From Saprospira sp. CCB-QB6 (GTDB lineage Bacteria; Bacteroidota; Bacteroidia; Chitinophagales; Saprospiraceae), in NCBI RefSeq assembly GCF_028464065.1, contig NZ_CP116808.1:1199886-1263885 (forward strand): a DNA stretch of 64,000 nucleotides, given 5' to 3'. Below the pieces are notes generated by a model. It had not been told where the DNA came from, made no database searches, and was given only the letters and a program-made list of their open reading frames with translations. Every line of letters begins with the position of its first letter. The first letter of the stretch is position 1. The position numbers were made by a program, and so were the translations under genes. Shown here one piece after another: positions 45,984 to 56,148 of this stretch.

Positions 45984-46967
45984 ATGAATTTTCTTTTTGA
46001 TATGTCTATGGTGACTGGTAACATCCTTTCACCTCCCGTTCTCTTCTTCTTTTTGGGCCTTATTGCCGTTGCCCTCAAATCTGATCTCGAAATTCCGCAG
46101 CCGCTGCCCAAACTCTTTTCGCTATATCTCTTGATGGATATTGGCTTGCATGGTGGGCATGAGCTTTATCATAGTGGTTTTTCTTGGGAATTGGTTACTG
46201 TATTAGGCGCTTGTTTCCTTATGGCTTCTGCTATACCTATTTATAGTTTCTTTATTCTCAAAGCTCGATTTGGAACAGCCGATGCTGCTGCTATTGCGGC
46301 CACCTTTGGTTCTATTAGTGCCGTTACCTTTATTACAGGGATATCTTTCCTCGAAAGCCAGCAAGTAGCCTATAAAGGATATATGGTTGCGGGCATGGCG
46401 CTTATGGAGTCTCCTGCGATTATTATTGGGGTACTTCTCTATAATATCTATGGCAAAAAGGAACAAAACAGTAACAAGAAAACCAATTGGGGACATATTC
46501 TCCGAGATGCCTTTTTCAATGGCTCTATTTTGCTTCTAGTTGGCGCGCTGCTCATTGGTATCCTTTCTGGAGATAAGGGCTGGCACGACTTCCAACCCTT
46601 TGATAGTATCTTTAAAGGTATGCTTTGCTTCTACCTACTTGATAATGGTATTGTAGCGGCTCGTCGTCTAAAAGCTTTGCGTGGAAACCTTGGTTTCTTG
46701 CTTTCTTTTAGTGTGCTTATGCCTCTATTCAACGCTGCCTTAGGAATCGGTATCGCCTACCTGATTGGCCTAAGCAAAGGGAACGCCCTTTTGTTCTGTC
46801 TACTTACGGCTAGTGCCTCTTATATTGCCGTTCCTGCGGCTATGCGCTTGGCCATTCCAAAATCTAATCCCGCCTTTACGGTCCCTGTGGCCTTAGGTAT
46901 TGTTTTCCCCTTTAACGTAATTGTAGGGATTCCTCTCTACTATTATATCATCCAACAAATTCTCTAA
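45984..46967 (+). CDS. sbtA: SbtA-like sodium-dependent bicarbonate transporter (DUF897 family permease)
   Basis: About 10 TM helices and an internal repeat. Followed within 3 bp by a PII-like gene. Confidence 0.75.
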   Translation: MNFLFDMSMVTGNILSPPVLFFFLGLIAVALKSDLEIPQPLPKLFSLYLLMDIGLHGGHELYHSGFSWELVTVLGACFLMASAIPIYSFFILKARFGTADAAAIAATFGSISAVTFITGISFLESQQVAYKGYMVAGMALMESPAIIIGVLLYNIYGKKEQNSNKKTNWGHILRDAFFNGSILLLVGALLIGILSGDKGWHDFQPFDSIFKGMLCFYLLDNGIVAARRLKALRGNLGFLLSFSVLMPLFNAALGIGIAYLIGLSKGNALLFCLLTASASYIAVPAAMRLAIPKSNPAFTVPVALGIVFPFNVIVGIPLYYYIIQQIL

Positions 46968-46969
46968 TT

Positions 46970-47269
46970 ATGAATATTGTAAAATCGGTCAAAATAGAGG
47001 TCATCCTTGAAAGTATTCAGGTGGAGCGCTTTATTGAAATGCTTGAAGAAGCAGGCGCTCATGGCTATACGCTTTTTGGCAATATTTCGGGTAAGGGCCA
47101 AAATGGCATGCTCGACCATAACTGCCGAGCCAAAATTTTCTCTAATAGCTACCTCTTTACGATCTGCTCTGAAGAGCTGGCCCAAGAAATCCTCCCTCAG
47201 ATTGCCCTCTTTTTAGAGGATTGTTCGGGGACCTGTTTCACCTCTGAGGTGAATCATCTAAAGGCGTAA
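46970..47269 (+). CDS. sbtB: PII-like signalling protein SbtB
   Basis: 99 aa. KIEVILESIQVERFIEMLEEAGAHGYTLFGNISGKG fits the GlnB-like fold. Confidence 0.7.
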   Translation: MNIVKSVKIEVILESIQVERFIEMLEEAGAHGYTLFGNISGKGQNGMLDHNCRAKIFSNSYLFTICSEELAQEILPQIALFLEDCSGTCFTSEVNHLKA

Positions 47270-47342
47270 AAGGGCGTTTTTATCCCTTTTCTTTTTTGTA
47301 GCTTGGGACCGTCAGTTTTCTGATGGTCCCTTTTTTTATTCT

Positions 47343-47610
47343 TTTTTGGGGCCTCCGCAGCAAAGCTGCGGCGCTATGTGTACTCCCGTTGGTCATCGAA
47401 CTGGCGCCCCTATAGGGGCTGGTTGTCGCAGCTCGCAAGGCTGCTCGGCCCTTCGTATTTCGCTATGCTCAATACTCGGTCTGGCCTACGGCCACCCCTG
47501 CACAGCGCTAGGCCCTTGCAGCGGCAAAGCCGCTGCAAAATCGCATTTTGTTTAGACAGCCCTGCGGGCTGAATGGACCCGGCCGGCGGTAGGCGGCTGG
47601 TCCGTTTTTT
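47343..47610 (+). repeat. Composite GC-rich element (variant B plus a GTCATCGAACTG module and extras)
   Basis: TTTTTGGGGCCTCCGCAGCAAAGCTGCGG ... CACAGCGCTAGGCC ... ORFs 47346-47572 are artefacts. Confidence 0.8.
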
Positions 47611-47664
47611 CTTCGCTCCAATTTAATTTTGGTCCTCAATATATTTCATTTCAGGCTAAGAGTG

Positions 47665-47908
47665 TAGCAAAGCCGCCTCCGCCTGGGGGCAGCTAGATTT
47701 TGGCCTTGGGGGCCAAAACTAGCTGCATAGCCTTCGGCCCTTCGGGCCTCAGCTCTTGGATATTGCAGGCGGCAAAGCCGCCGCAGGCTGAGGGGCTGGA
47801 GCAGGGCCGCCGAAGGCGGCAGACCAAGGTGCTGCAAGCGCCGCAGGGCCGAGCGAGCAGCGAGCTGCGCAATGGCCCGACCCGACCGAAGGGAGGGGCA
47901 GCCCCAAA
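47665..47908 (-). repeat. GC-rich interspersed element, variant A reverse (extended)
   Basis: ...gggccgagcgagcagcgagc..cccgacccgac..gggaggggcagccccaaaac. ORFs 47646-48014 are artefacts. Confidence 0.8.
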
Positions 47909-47970
47909 ACAAAAACATCCAGCCCCTCAAAAGAGACTGGATGTTTTGCTTATCGAAAAAGAGAGATCAA

Positions 47971-49998
47971 TTACTCTTTTTCTTCTGTATCCTCTTCGCC
48001 TAATTCAGGCTTAGGATCTTGTAAGGTATCTACGCCATGATTTTCGCTAACGGCCTCGCCATCTTCGCCAGGCAGCTCATCAAAAGGACGTTTACCGATC
48101 AATTGTTCTACGGCATCCTTGTTAAGGACCTCCTTATTGAGGAGTTCATTGGCCAATAATTCTAGTTCTTGGCGTTTTTCTCTCAACAAGTTTTTGGCGC
48201 GTTCATATTGGGCTTCAATTAGCTTGCGGGTTTCCTGATCGATTAGGTCGGCTGTAGCCTCAGAATAAGGCTTACTAAAGCCGCCGCTTTCGTTCATCAT
48301 GCCATAATAAGAGACATTACCGACCTTTTCATTCATACCATAAACCGTAATCATAGAATAAGCCATGCGGGTAACATGATCAAGGTCAGATTGTGCGCCA
48401 GTAGAAATCTTTCCGAAAATAATTTCTTCTGCAGCGCGGCCCCCCATAGTCATACACATTCGGTCCAGTAGCTGCTCTACGGTAGTAATGTGTTGTTCTT
48501 TGGGCAAATATTGGGCATAACCGAGGGCAGCGATACCGCGGGGGACAATCGTCACCTTAACTAGCGGCATGGCATTTTCCAAAAACCAGCCACAGAGGGT
48601 ATGTCCAGCCTCATGATAAGCAATCACGCGTTTTTCTTCTGGAGAGATCAATTTGTTCTTTTTCTCCAAACCGCCGATTACTCTGTCAATAGCGTCATTA
48701 AAGTCATTCATTTCTACAAACTGCTTGCCTCGGCGGGCAGCAATAAGGGCAGCCTCATTACAAACATTGGCAATTTCGGCACCAGCAAAACCGGGAGTTT
48801 GGGTGGCCAAATTCTTGGCATCCACATCTCCAGAGATTTTGATATTTTTGAGGTGAACGGCAAAGATTTGCTCACGTCCAACCAAGTCAGGTTTATCGAT
48901 AGAAATTTGGCGATCGAAGCGGCCTGGGCGCAAAAGCGCTTGGTCCAAAATATCGGGGCGGTTAGTGGCCGCCATCATAATCACGCCTTTTTCGGTGCTA
49001 AAGCCATCCATTTCGACCAACAACTGGTTGAGGGTATTTTCTCTTTCGTCATTGCCACCTTGCATGGCTCCTCGTCCGCGAGCGCGACCGATAGCATCGA
49101 TTTCATCAATAAAGATAATACAGGGGGCTTTTTCGCGAGCTTGGCGGAAGAGGTCACGAACTCTAGATGCACCAACTCCGACAAACATTTCTACGAAATC
49201 GGAACCAGAGATGCTGAAGAAAGGCACGCCAGCCTCGCCGGCAACGGCTTTGGCCAAAAGCGTTTTACCCGTACCGGGAGGGCCTACCAAAAGTACACCT
49301 TTGGGGATTTTACCGCCTAGAGAGGTGTATTTTTTAGGTTTTTTCAGGAAGTCGACCACTTCCATAACTTCTTCCTTAGCCTCATCAAGGCCAGCAACAT
49401 CTTTAAAGCTAGCATTTACTTTACCATCTTTATCAAATAAAGTGGCTTTAGAGCGGCCAATATTAAAGATTTGCGAGCCTGGTCCAGCACCACCACCGCC
49501 AACGCGGCGCATGATAAAGATCCAGATAATGATTAGAATAGCGAAAGGCAGAATCCAGCTTAGCAAGCCGCCGACATAATCGTAGCGGATTTCATTTTTT
49601 AGGTTAATGCCAAAGTTAGGATCATCTTGAGCAATTTTTTGCTCCAAATTGTCCAACTTATTGAGGAAGTACTCCATATCGCCCACGGTATAGCTATAAT
49701 TGGGCGCATTGTTATTGAAGGAAGAGCGGGGTAATTTGCTGTACTCCTCTTTTTTTAGGGCATCTTCGGTCAAGTAAATTTCTGCTTGACTTTTATTGAC
49801 GATGATAATTTTATCAACATCTTTTTGAGCGATAATTGGCTCTAACTCATTCCAACTTAGTTCTGTGGTTTTGGGACCTACCCAAATCAGGTTGACACTA
49901 ATGAGCAACAGGGCAAGAAGACCATAAATCCAATAATAATTGAATTTTGGGCCGTTATTCTTATCTCCCTGTGGTTGGTTATTGGGATTGTTTTGCAT
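47971..49998 (-). CDS. ftsH: ATP-dependent zinc metalloprotease FtsH
   Basis: Walker [12 protein letters not shown] region and the HEAGH zinc site. 675 aa. Confidence 0.95.
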   Translation of the reverse strand: MQNNPNNQPQGDKNNGPKFNYYWIYGLLALLLISVNLIWVGPKTTELSWNELEPIIAQKDVDKIIIVNKSQAEIYLTEDALKKEEYSKLPRSSFNNNAPNYSYTVGDMEYFLNKLDNLEQKIAQDDPNFGINLKNEIRYDYVGGLLSWILPFAILIIIWIFIMRRVGGGGAGPGSQIFNIGRSKATLFDKDGKVNASFKDVAGLDEAKEEVMEVVDFLKKPKKYTSLGGKIPKGVLLVGPPGTGKTLLAKAVAGEAGVPFFSISGSDFVEMFVGVGASRVRDLFRQAREKAPCIIFIDEIDAIGRARGRGAMQGGNDERENTLNQLLVEMDGFSTEKGVIMMAATNRPDILDQALLRPGRFDRQISIDKPDLVGREQIFAVHLKNIKISGDVDAKNLATQTPGFAGAEIANVCNEAALIAARRGKQFVEMNDFNDAIDRVIGGLEKKNKLISPEEKRVIAYHEAGHTLCGWFLENAMPLVKVTIVPRGIAALGYAQYLPKEQHITTVEQLLDRMCMTMGGRAAEEIIFGKISTGAQSDLDHVTRMAYSMITVYGMNEKVGNVSYYGMMNESGGFSKPYSEATADLIDQETRKLIEAQYERAKNLLREKRQELELLANELLNKEVLNKDAVEQLIGKRPFDELPGEDGEAVSENHGVDTLQDPKPELGEEDTEEKE

Positions 49999-50113
49999 AA
50001 TAAAATATCAGAAAATGTATAATAATGGGCCGATGGAAAAGATAGGCCCAAACTATGAGAAAGACAAGATTGCCTTTGTGTTCGTTCTTACTGAATGCTA
50101 ATCTATATCAAGT

Positions 50114-50470
50114 CTAGACTGCAGGATATTCCTTGCGTTTAGCATCGCTCCACAAACCTTCTAGGTTATAAAACTCTCTTTTCTCTTTACCGAAAACATG
50201 GATAACTAATGTGAAGTAATCCAATAGCCGCCAATGTCCACCTTGTTTACCTTCGATATGATTTGGGCGCTCGCCCAATTCTTCCCAAAGTGTTTTTTCT
50301 ATATTTTTGGCAATGCCGTTGATATGTGTAGAGGAATTACCATGACAAATCAAGAAAATGTTTGTGCTAGCCTCATCTACTGCAGAGAGGTCCAAAGAGA
50401 CGATATCTATAGCCTTACGGTCTTGCATAGCTTCTACAGCAACAGCTAGTAGGTCCTGTAATTGAGGCAT
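50114..50470 (-). CDS. rsfS: Ribosomal silencing factor RsfS (Iojap)
   Basis: IDIVSLDL..IFLICHGNS..DYFTLVIHVFGKEKREFYNLEGLW. Start trimmed to M at 50470. Confidence 0.8.
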   Translation of the reverse strand: MPQLQDLLAVAVEAMQDRKAIDIVSLDLSAVDEASTNIFLICHGNSSTHINGIAKNIEKTLWEELGERPNHIEGKQGGHWRLLDYFTLVIHVFGKEKREFYNLEGLWSDAKRKEYPAV

Positions 50471-50599
50471 TTTTTCTTCTTTTTGCGAAAGCTCTTGTTT
50501 ATTCAAATCGACTTATATTAAATTGTGGTCCTATTAAAAGACCAAGGAAAAATGAAAAGCCCTAAAGTTAGGGTTTAAATTCAAAAAAGCAGCTATGTT

Positions 50600-51373
50600 A
50601 TGCCCAAGCAATCAGATAACAGTCTTTTTGTCGGAAAGGTTGCCATCCGTCATAAACGCCTAGATTCGACCAACCGCTATGCGCTTGACTTCTTGTCAAA
50701 AAGTTTACCAACGGAAGGAACTGCCATTATTGCAGACGAACAGTGGGCTGGTCGTGGCCAAAAAGGCAATGCTTGGCTATCCGAAGCGGGGCAAAACATA
50801 GCTTTAAGCCTAATATTGCGTCCAAAGTTCCTTTTAGTCAAAGAGCAATTCCTTTGGAACATAGTGATTTCCTTAGCGGTGCATGAGGTACTGACAAATT
50901 GCCAGCTTAAACTGCCGCACTACATTAAGTGGCCCAATGATATTTATGTGGGTGACTTCAAAGTTGGAGGTATTCTGATTGAGAACCAATTGCGGAGCAG
51001 TTATCTTGACTGGTCTGTGGTGGGTATCGGGCTCAATATTTTCCAAAAAAGCTTTCACCCTAACTTACCTAACCCCAATGCTTTAGCCTCTCTTACAGAT
51101 AAAAAGTTGAACATTGATTCAATTCTTTCACAACTATATGTAGCGATAGAGCGTCTATACCTCAAACTGCGGCAGGGAGACCAAAACCAAGCGCTTTGGG
51201 CCCAATACGAAAGCAAGCTTTGGCGCTATAAGGAATGGGCAAAATTTCGCTGGCAGGGCCAAGAGCGAGAAGGTCGTATTTGGGGCGTAGCGCCTACGGG
51301 CCAGCTCAAAATTATTGACCGCCAAGGCCAATTACAGTTATTCAACTTTAAAGAAGTAGAATATATACTATAA
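50600..51373 (+). CDS. birA: Biotin--[acetyl-CoA-carboxylase] ligase
   Basis: GRGQKGNAWLSEAG matches the BPL motif GRGRRGRxWxS. 257 aa with no N-terminal HTH. Confidence 0.85.
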   Translation: MPKQSDNSLFVGKVAIRHKRLDSTNRYALDFLSKSLPTEGTAIIADEQWAGRGQKGNAWLSEAGQNIALSLILRPKFLLVKEQFLWNIVISLAVHEVLTNCQLKLPHYIKWPNDIYVGDFKVGGILIENQLRSSYLDWSVVGIGLNIFQKSFHPNLPNPNALASLTDKKLNIDSILSQLYVAIERLYLKLRQGDQNQALWAQYESKLWRYKEWAKFRWQGQEREGRIWGVAPTGQLKIIDRQGQLQLFNFKEVEYIL

Positions 51374-51489
51374 TTTCCTTTTTATGGGGCATATTATTTG
51401 ATATTAGATTTTTTACAATACTGACGATGTTGTAAGTTAGAGAATTCGAGGGACGAGCTTGGATTCTCTTTTTTCATGCCCTTGAGACA

Positions 51490-51921
51490 CTACTGCAGTA
51501 ATGGCGGTTCTTCTTTATCTTTGCCCTCCTCCTTAATTTCTTCTATATCTGAAAAGGGGATGTCTAAAGGTTTTTTTTCCTTTTTGGCAGACAATAAGGT
51601 CGAGCTACCAAAATCCCAAAGTGTTTTTAAGTATAAAAAGCCCAAGAATGGGCTAAAGGCTGCGATGGCCAATAAAGTTGCGCCTAGTCCCAACCAGATA
51701 TTTTTGGTATATAGTCCTTTAATGTAGTTATAAATTCTACGCAATAGCTGCCGATTGATGAGCAGAACCCCAACCGACAAAGCCGCAACGATCCACCAAA
51801 CAAACTGTTTGAGGAAACCAATTACCAAATAAATGACTATGGCCACAACAATCAGGGCTAATAGTAATTGTATAAAACGAGCCAAGGGGCTGCTCTTTTC
51901 TTTTTCTTCTAAGTTCAACAT
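51490..51921 (-). CDS. Hypothetical membrane protein
   Basis: 143 aa with three predicted TM helices. Confidence 0.5.
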   Translation of the reverse strand: MLNLEEKEKSSPLARFIQLLLALIVVAIVIYLVIGFLKQFVWWIVAALSVGVLLINRQLLRRIYNYIKGLYTKNIWLGLGATLLAIAAFSPFLGFLYLKTLWDFGSSTLLSAKKEKKPLDIPFSDIEEIKEEGKDKEEPPLLQ

Positions 51922-51994
51922 AGATCCTTATCTTTAGTCTGCTTTAAATATAGACACTTTTTGAAGGAGCTGCCTTATATTGCCTCCCTTTTTA

Positions 51995-52145
51995 GCTGCT
52001 ACAGAGGCGCGAAGCGCCTTGGCTGAGGGATGGAAAGTGGTGCGGCGCAGCCGCAGACCCAGCGGGCGTAGCCCGCGCAGGGCCGAGCGAACAGCGAGCC
52101 ACGACACAGCCCGACCCGCCCGCAGGGTGGGGCAGCCCCAAAATA
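51995..52145 (-). repeat. GC-rich interspersed element, variant A reverse
   Basis: ...gggccgagcgaacagcgagcc..cacagcccgacccg..ggggcagccccaaaat. Confidence 0.85.
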
Positions 52146-52179
52146 AAATGCCAAACAAGCCGCCAATTTTTAGTCTATT

Positions 52180-53991
52180 ATGAATAAAGAGGATTACCAA
52201 AAGCTTTTGCCCAGCTTGCCTACAGATCCGGGTGTTTATCGATTTATTGGGGCTGATGAGGAGATTTTATACATTGGAAAAGCCAAAAATCTCAAGAAGC
52301 GGATTGCCTCCTATTTTACGAGTCGCAAAGATATGCGCCGTAAAACGAAGCGGATGGTTATGGCTGCCAAAAAGCTCAATTATACGCTGGTAGAAACGGA
52401 GCAAGATGCGCTTTTGCTAGAGGCCACGTTAATCAAAAAGCATCAGCCGCGTTATAATGTGGCGCTCAAACACAGCCGCCCCTACCCTTATATTTGCATC
52501 AAAAAAGAGCGTTTTCCGAGGATTATGATTAGCCGAAAAGTGGTACAGGATGGCTCTAAATATTATGGCCCATATGTCTCTAAAAAGCGGATGTACACGC
52601 TCTTAGAGCTAATCAAAGAGTTGTTCCAACTGCGCAGTTGTGCCCTCAATTTATCAGAGGAAAGCATTGCGGCGGGCAAGCATAAAGTTTGCCTTGAGTA
52701 CCATATTAAAAACTGCAAAGCGCCCTGTGTGGGTTTTGAATCTGAGGCCAATTATATGGACAAAATGGAGCAGGTCCAAAATATGCTAAAAGGCCAGTTG
52801 GGAGCGGTGCGCAAATACCTCAAATCGGAAATGGGTCGCTATGCCGAGGAGCTCAATTTTGAGCAGGCGCAGCGGACTAAGGTTCAATTAGCTTTGCTTG
52901 AAAATTATCAGGGAAAATCGACGGTGGTCAATGCCAATATCCGAGATTTGGATGTATTTACCTTGGCCCAAGATGAAAAAGGCGAGATGGCGTACATCAA
53001 TTACCTCAAGGTAGTGGAAGGGGCGATTATTAACACCTTTATGCTGGAGCTCAAGCAGAATTTGGATACCGAAGCTGAGGATTTACTGCTTTTTGGGATT
53101 CGAGAATTACGGGAGAAATTCCAAAGTATTGCTCCTGAAATTGTTGCGCCCTTCGAGGTTCAGCTCCCTTGGTCCGAGATCCAGCTGACGGTCCCAAAAA
53201 TTGGCGATAAGAAAAAACTGCTGGAGCTTTCTGAGAAAAATGCCAAATATTTCATCCTCCAAAAGCAAAAACAAGCCTTGGCCAAGGCCAACAAAATGGG
53301 CAAGGCCGAGCAGCTCTTAGAGATCATGAAAAAAGACCTACAAATTGATGATTTGCCCATTCATATTGAGTGTTTTGACAACTCCAATTTGCAGGGAAAC
53401 CAGCCTGTTTCGGCTATGGTGGTCTTCAAAAATGGGCGACCAGCCAAAAAAGAATATCGGCATTATCATGTCAAAACGGTAGTTGGTCCAGATGATTTTG
53501 CCTCTATGGAAGAGGTCGTTTTTCGCCGATACAAGCGCCTTTTGGAAGAGAAAAAGCCCCTCCCCCAACTGATTGTAATTGATGGGGGCAAGGGACAGCT
53601 TTCTGCGGCTGTCAAAAGCCTCAAAGCACTAGGCATTTTTGAGCGTTTGGCCATTATTGGCATTGCCAAGCGACTAGAGGAAATCTTCTTTCCCAATGAT
53701 CCCGTTCCGCTTTTGCTCTCTAAAAAATCGCCTACGCTCAAGGTCATTCAGCAAGCTCGAGATGAGGCTCACCGCTTCGCGATTAGCTTCCACCGAGATG
53801 TTCGCTCTAAGCAATTTTTGCAAAATGAGCTGCGGCAAATTCCGGGCGTTGGCGAAAAAAACCAAGAGAAATTGCTCTTGGCCTTGGGCTCTGTCAAAGA
53901 GGTCAAAAAGGCCAATTTAAGCCAATTAGAAGCCATTGTTGGGCTCAATTTGGCCCAAAAAATCCGTACTTACTTCGATGAACAAAGCTGA
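52180..53991 (+). CDS. uvrC: Excinuclease ABC subunit C
   Basis: GIY-YIG N-terminus GVYRFIGADEEILYIGKAKNLKKR, a UvrBC-like region and a C-terminal HhH. 603 aa. Confidence 0.95.
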   Translation: MNKEDYQKLLPSLPTDPGVYRFIGADEEILYIGKAKNLKKRIASYFTSRKDMRRKTKRMVMAAKKLNYTLVETEQDALLLEATLIKKHQPRYNVALKHSRPYPYICIKKERFPRIMISRKVVQDGSKYYGPYVSKKRMYTLLELIKELFQLRSCALNLSEESIAAGKHKVCLEYHIKNCKAPCVGFESEANYMDKMEQVQNMLKGQLGAVRKYLKSEMGRYAEELNFEQAQRTKVQLALLENYQGKSTVVNANIRDLDVFTLAQDEKGEMAYINYLKVVEGAIINTFMLELKQNLDTEAEDLLLFGIRELREKFQSIAPEIVAPFEVQLPWSEIQLTVPKIGDKKKLLELSEKNAKYFILQKQKQALAKANKMGKAEQLLEIMKKDLQIDDLPIHIECFDNSNLQGNQPVSAMVVFKNGRPAKKEYRHYHVKTVVGPDDFASMEEVVFRRYKRLLEEKKPLPQLIVIDGGKGQLSAAVKSLKALGIFERLAIIGIAKRLEEIFFPNDPVPLLLSKKSPTLKVIQQARDEAHRFAISFHRDVRSKQFLQNELRQIPGVGEKNQEKLLLALGSVKEVKKANLSQLEAIVGLNLAQKIRTYFDEQS

Positions 53992-54470
53992 GTAATGGCC
54001 GTCTGCATCAAAATGCCAAAACTGACGGCTACATTCAAACAAGAGGTTTGTCCATGCCCTTCAATATAAATTTTCTGATCGATCAAGGGCGCAATTTCTT
54101 CAGGCAAACCCGTTTTTTCATTGCCCACAATTAGCAAATCCTGGGCTTCAAACTGGACCTCATGCAGCATTTTGGCGCTAGGATCTACCCAAGTGGCCAT
54201 TTTTCGGCCTGAATAATTGGCGAGAAAATCGGCTACATTCAGAACGGGAATCACTTCAATGTGCTCAATGGCGCCAGCCGTCCAAACCCTAGCCATTTTC
54301 TCCATTTCGGCTCTGGCAAATTTGCTCTTGCCTGGCGGTAGCAACAAATCGTTTTGGTCGTAAATATAGATTTTCTTCAAGCCATAAAATTCTGCGGTCC
54401 GAATCATCGAGGATAAGTTCGGGCGATATTGAGGCGCATGTAATAAGGCGGCAAGTTGAGGTACTGACAT
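53970..54470 (-). CDS. SpoU/TrmH-family RNA 2'-O-methyltransferase
   Basis: LLIVGNEKTGLPEEI...SLNVAVSFGI, the SPOUT motifs. 166 aa. Confidence 0.8.
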   Translation of the reverse strand: MSVPQLAALLHAPQYRPNLSSMIRTAEFYGLKKIYIYDQNDLLLPPGKSKFARAEMEKMARVWTAGAIEHIEVIPVLNVADFLANYSGRKMATWVDPSAKMLHEVQFEAQDLLIVGNEKTGLPEEIAPLIDQKIYIEGHGQTSCLNVAVSFGILMQTAITQLCSSK

Positions 54471-54483
54471 ATTTATTTTTGTT

Positions 54484-54745
54484 TTTTTGGGGCGTTACTC
54501 CTTACAGTCGTCGAACTGCGGCTTGTAGCCTTGTTGTCTGCCTGCGGCAGGCGGTTACTCCCTTCGGTCGTCGAACTGCGCCCTAAAGGGCTTGTTGTCG
54601 TTTCGCAGCTCGCTATTACTTGCTTCGCTGCGTCGGCTCCCGTTGGTCGGGTCGCTCGGCCCTGCGCGGGCTTCGCCCGCTGGGTCTGCGGCTAAGCCGC
54701 CCCCCTCCACATCGGTTATTCCCTTCGGTCATCGAACTGCGGACT
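54484..54745 (+). repeat. Composite GC-rich element (three GTTACTCC..GTCGTCGAACTGCGG modules plus variant A core)
   Basis: Triplicated module with different hairpin stems (gcggcttgtagcc / gcgccctaaagggc / gcggactaaagtcc). Confidence 0.8.
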
Positions 54746-54823
54746 AAAGTCCTTGTTGTGGCCAAAAAAGAGAGCCCCCAGCTAGCTGCGCTGGCTGGGG
54801 GCTCTTGCGTAATAGAGCAAAGT

Positions 54824-55765
54824 CTAGAGCTTCACTTCCATCAAGTTTTGGAAAGCTTTCTTACGAGCATTCAAAGCAGCCTCATCAATTTCTTTGAGGC
54901 GGTTAGGACCAAAAGCTTCAACACAGAAAGAAGCGACTACAGAACCATAAACCAAAGCACGCTTCATGCTTTCCAAAGAGTGGTCATCTTCCTGAGCCAA
55001 ATAGCCCATGAATCCACCAGCAAAGCTATCACCAGCTCCAGTAGGATCAAATACTTCTTCCAAAGGCAAAGCAGGAACAAAGAAAGTAGATTCGCCATGG
55101 AACAATAAGGCGCCATGCTCTCCTTTCTTAATTACCAAATATTTGGGCCCCATTTCACGGATTACACGAGCAGCTTTTACCAAAGAGTACTCCCCAGACA
55201 ACTGACGAGCTTCCTCATCATTGATAATTAAAATATCTACCTGCTTTAGAGCCTCTTTGAGCTCCTCCATGGCAATATCCATCCAGAAGTTCATCGTATC
55301 CATAGCGACCAATTTAGGGCGCTTTTCTAGCTGGTTCAAGACCTGCATTTGTACAGCTGGGGCAAAGTTACCCAACAAAAGATATTCTGGGCTTTTATAG
55401 CTTTCGGGCAATTGAGGGCTATAATTCTCCAATACATTGAGCTCTGTGGCCAAGGTATCCCGAGCATTCATATTCATGTGATAACGCCCTGCCCAAAAGA
55501 AAGACTTTTCGCCTTCGCGTTTCTCCAATCCATCCAAATTAACGCCTCTGGCTTCCAAAGCCGCCAACTCCTCAGCAGGAAAATCCTCACCAATTACAGA
55601 TAGCAATTGTAAATCTTTGTGAAAATGAGAAGCTGCCCAAGCAATATAAGTACCAGCACCACCAATGATGCGGTCTGCCTTGCCAAAAGGAGTTTCAATG
55701 GTATCAAAGGCAACAGTGCCCAATGTCAATAAGCTCATAGTAAAATTGATTTTTTTTCTGGGCAC
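54824..55765 (-). CDS. PfkB-family carbohydrate kinase (ribokinase-like)
   Basis: DPTGAGDSFAGGFMGYL is the PfkB signature 2. 313 aa. Confidence 0.85.
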   Translation of the reverse strand: MPRKKINFTMSLLTLGTVAFDTIETPFGKADRIIGGAGTYIAWAASHFHKDLQLLSVIGEDFPAEELAALEARGVNLDGLEKREGEKSFFWAGRYHMNMNARDTLATELNVLENYSPQLPESYKSPEYLLLGNFAPAVQMQVLNQLEKRPKLVAMDTMNFWMDIAMEELKEALKQVDILIINDEEARQLSGEYSLVKAARVIREMGPKYLVIKKGEHGALLFHGESTFFVPALPLEEVFDPTGAGDSFAGGFMGYLAQEDDHSLESMKRALVYGSVVASFCVEAFGPNRLKEIDEAALNARKKAFQNLMEVKL

Positions 55766-55936
55766 AAAAAAACAGAAAAAGGCCGAAAAAACGGCAGCCT
55801 AGCCTCCTTTTTTTGCCCTAGTCCAAAGAAACTCCATTTTTTTTATGTCTTTTTTTGCAAAAAGTTTGGCAAAACCAAAAAGGGCTCCTATATTTGCATA
55901 CGCAAAGAGGGAACAGCCCTCTAAATGCAAATATAC

Positions 55937-56010
55937 GCTTCCATAGCTCAGTTGGTTAGAGCATCTGACTGTTAATCAGAGGGTCCCTGGTTCGAGCCCA
56001 GGTGGGAGCG
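55937..56010 (+). tRNA. tRNA-Asn (anticodon GUU)
   Basis: Cloverleaf: acceptor GCTTCCA/TGGGAGC, anticodon loop CTGTTAA, T-arm GGTTCGAGCCC. Confidence 0.9.
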
Positions 56011-56035
56011 CTACTCATACACAACAATATATTTT

Positions 56036-56109
56036 GCTTCCATAGCTCAGTTGGTTAGAGCATCTGACTGTTAATCAGAGGGTCCCTGGTTCGAGCCCAG
56101 GTGGGAGCG
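56036..56109 (+). tRNA. tRNA-Asn (anticodon GUU), identical tandem copy
   Basis: Same sequence as the first copy, 26 bp downstream. Confidence 0.9.
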
Positions 56110-56112
56110 CAA

Positions 56113-56148
56113 AAGCCTGACTTCATTTGAAGTTGGGCTTTTTTATTC
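56113..56148 (+). terminator. Terminator-like hairpin after the tRNA pair
   Basis: agcctgacttca..tgaagttgggct followed by TTTTTT. Confidence 0.4.

Noticed and set aside
47971-49998. FtsH as the missing AAA+ ATPase of the injection system
   Set aside because: It has the full FtsH architecture (TM, AAA+, HEAGH protease) and sits in a housekeeping context with rsfS and birA 12 kb from the cluster. It is not an Afp15 or ClpV analogue.
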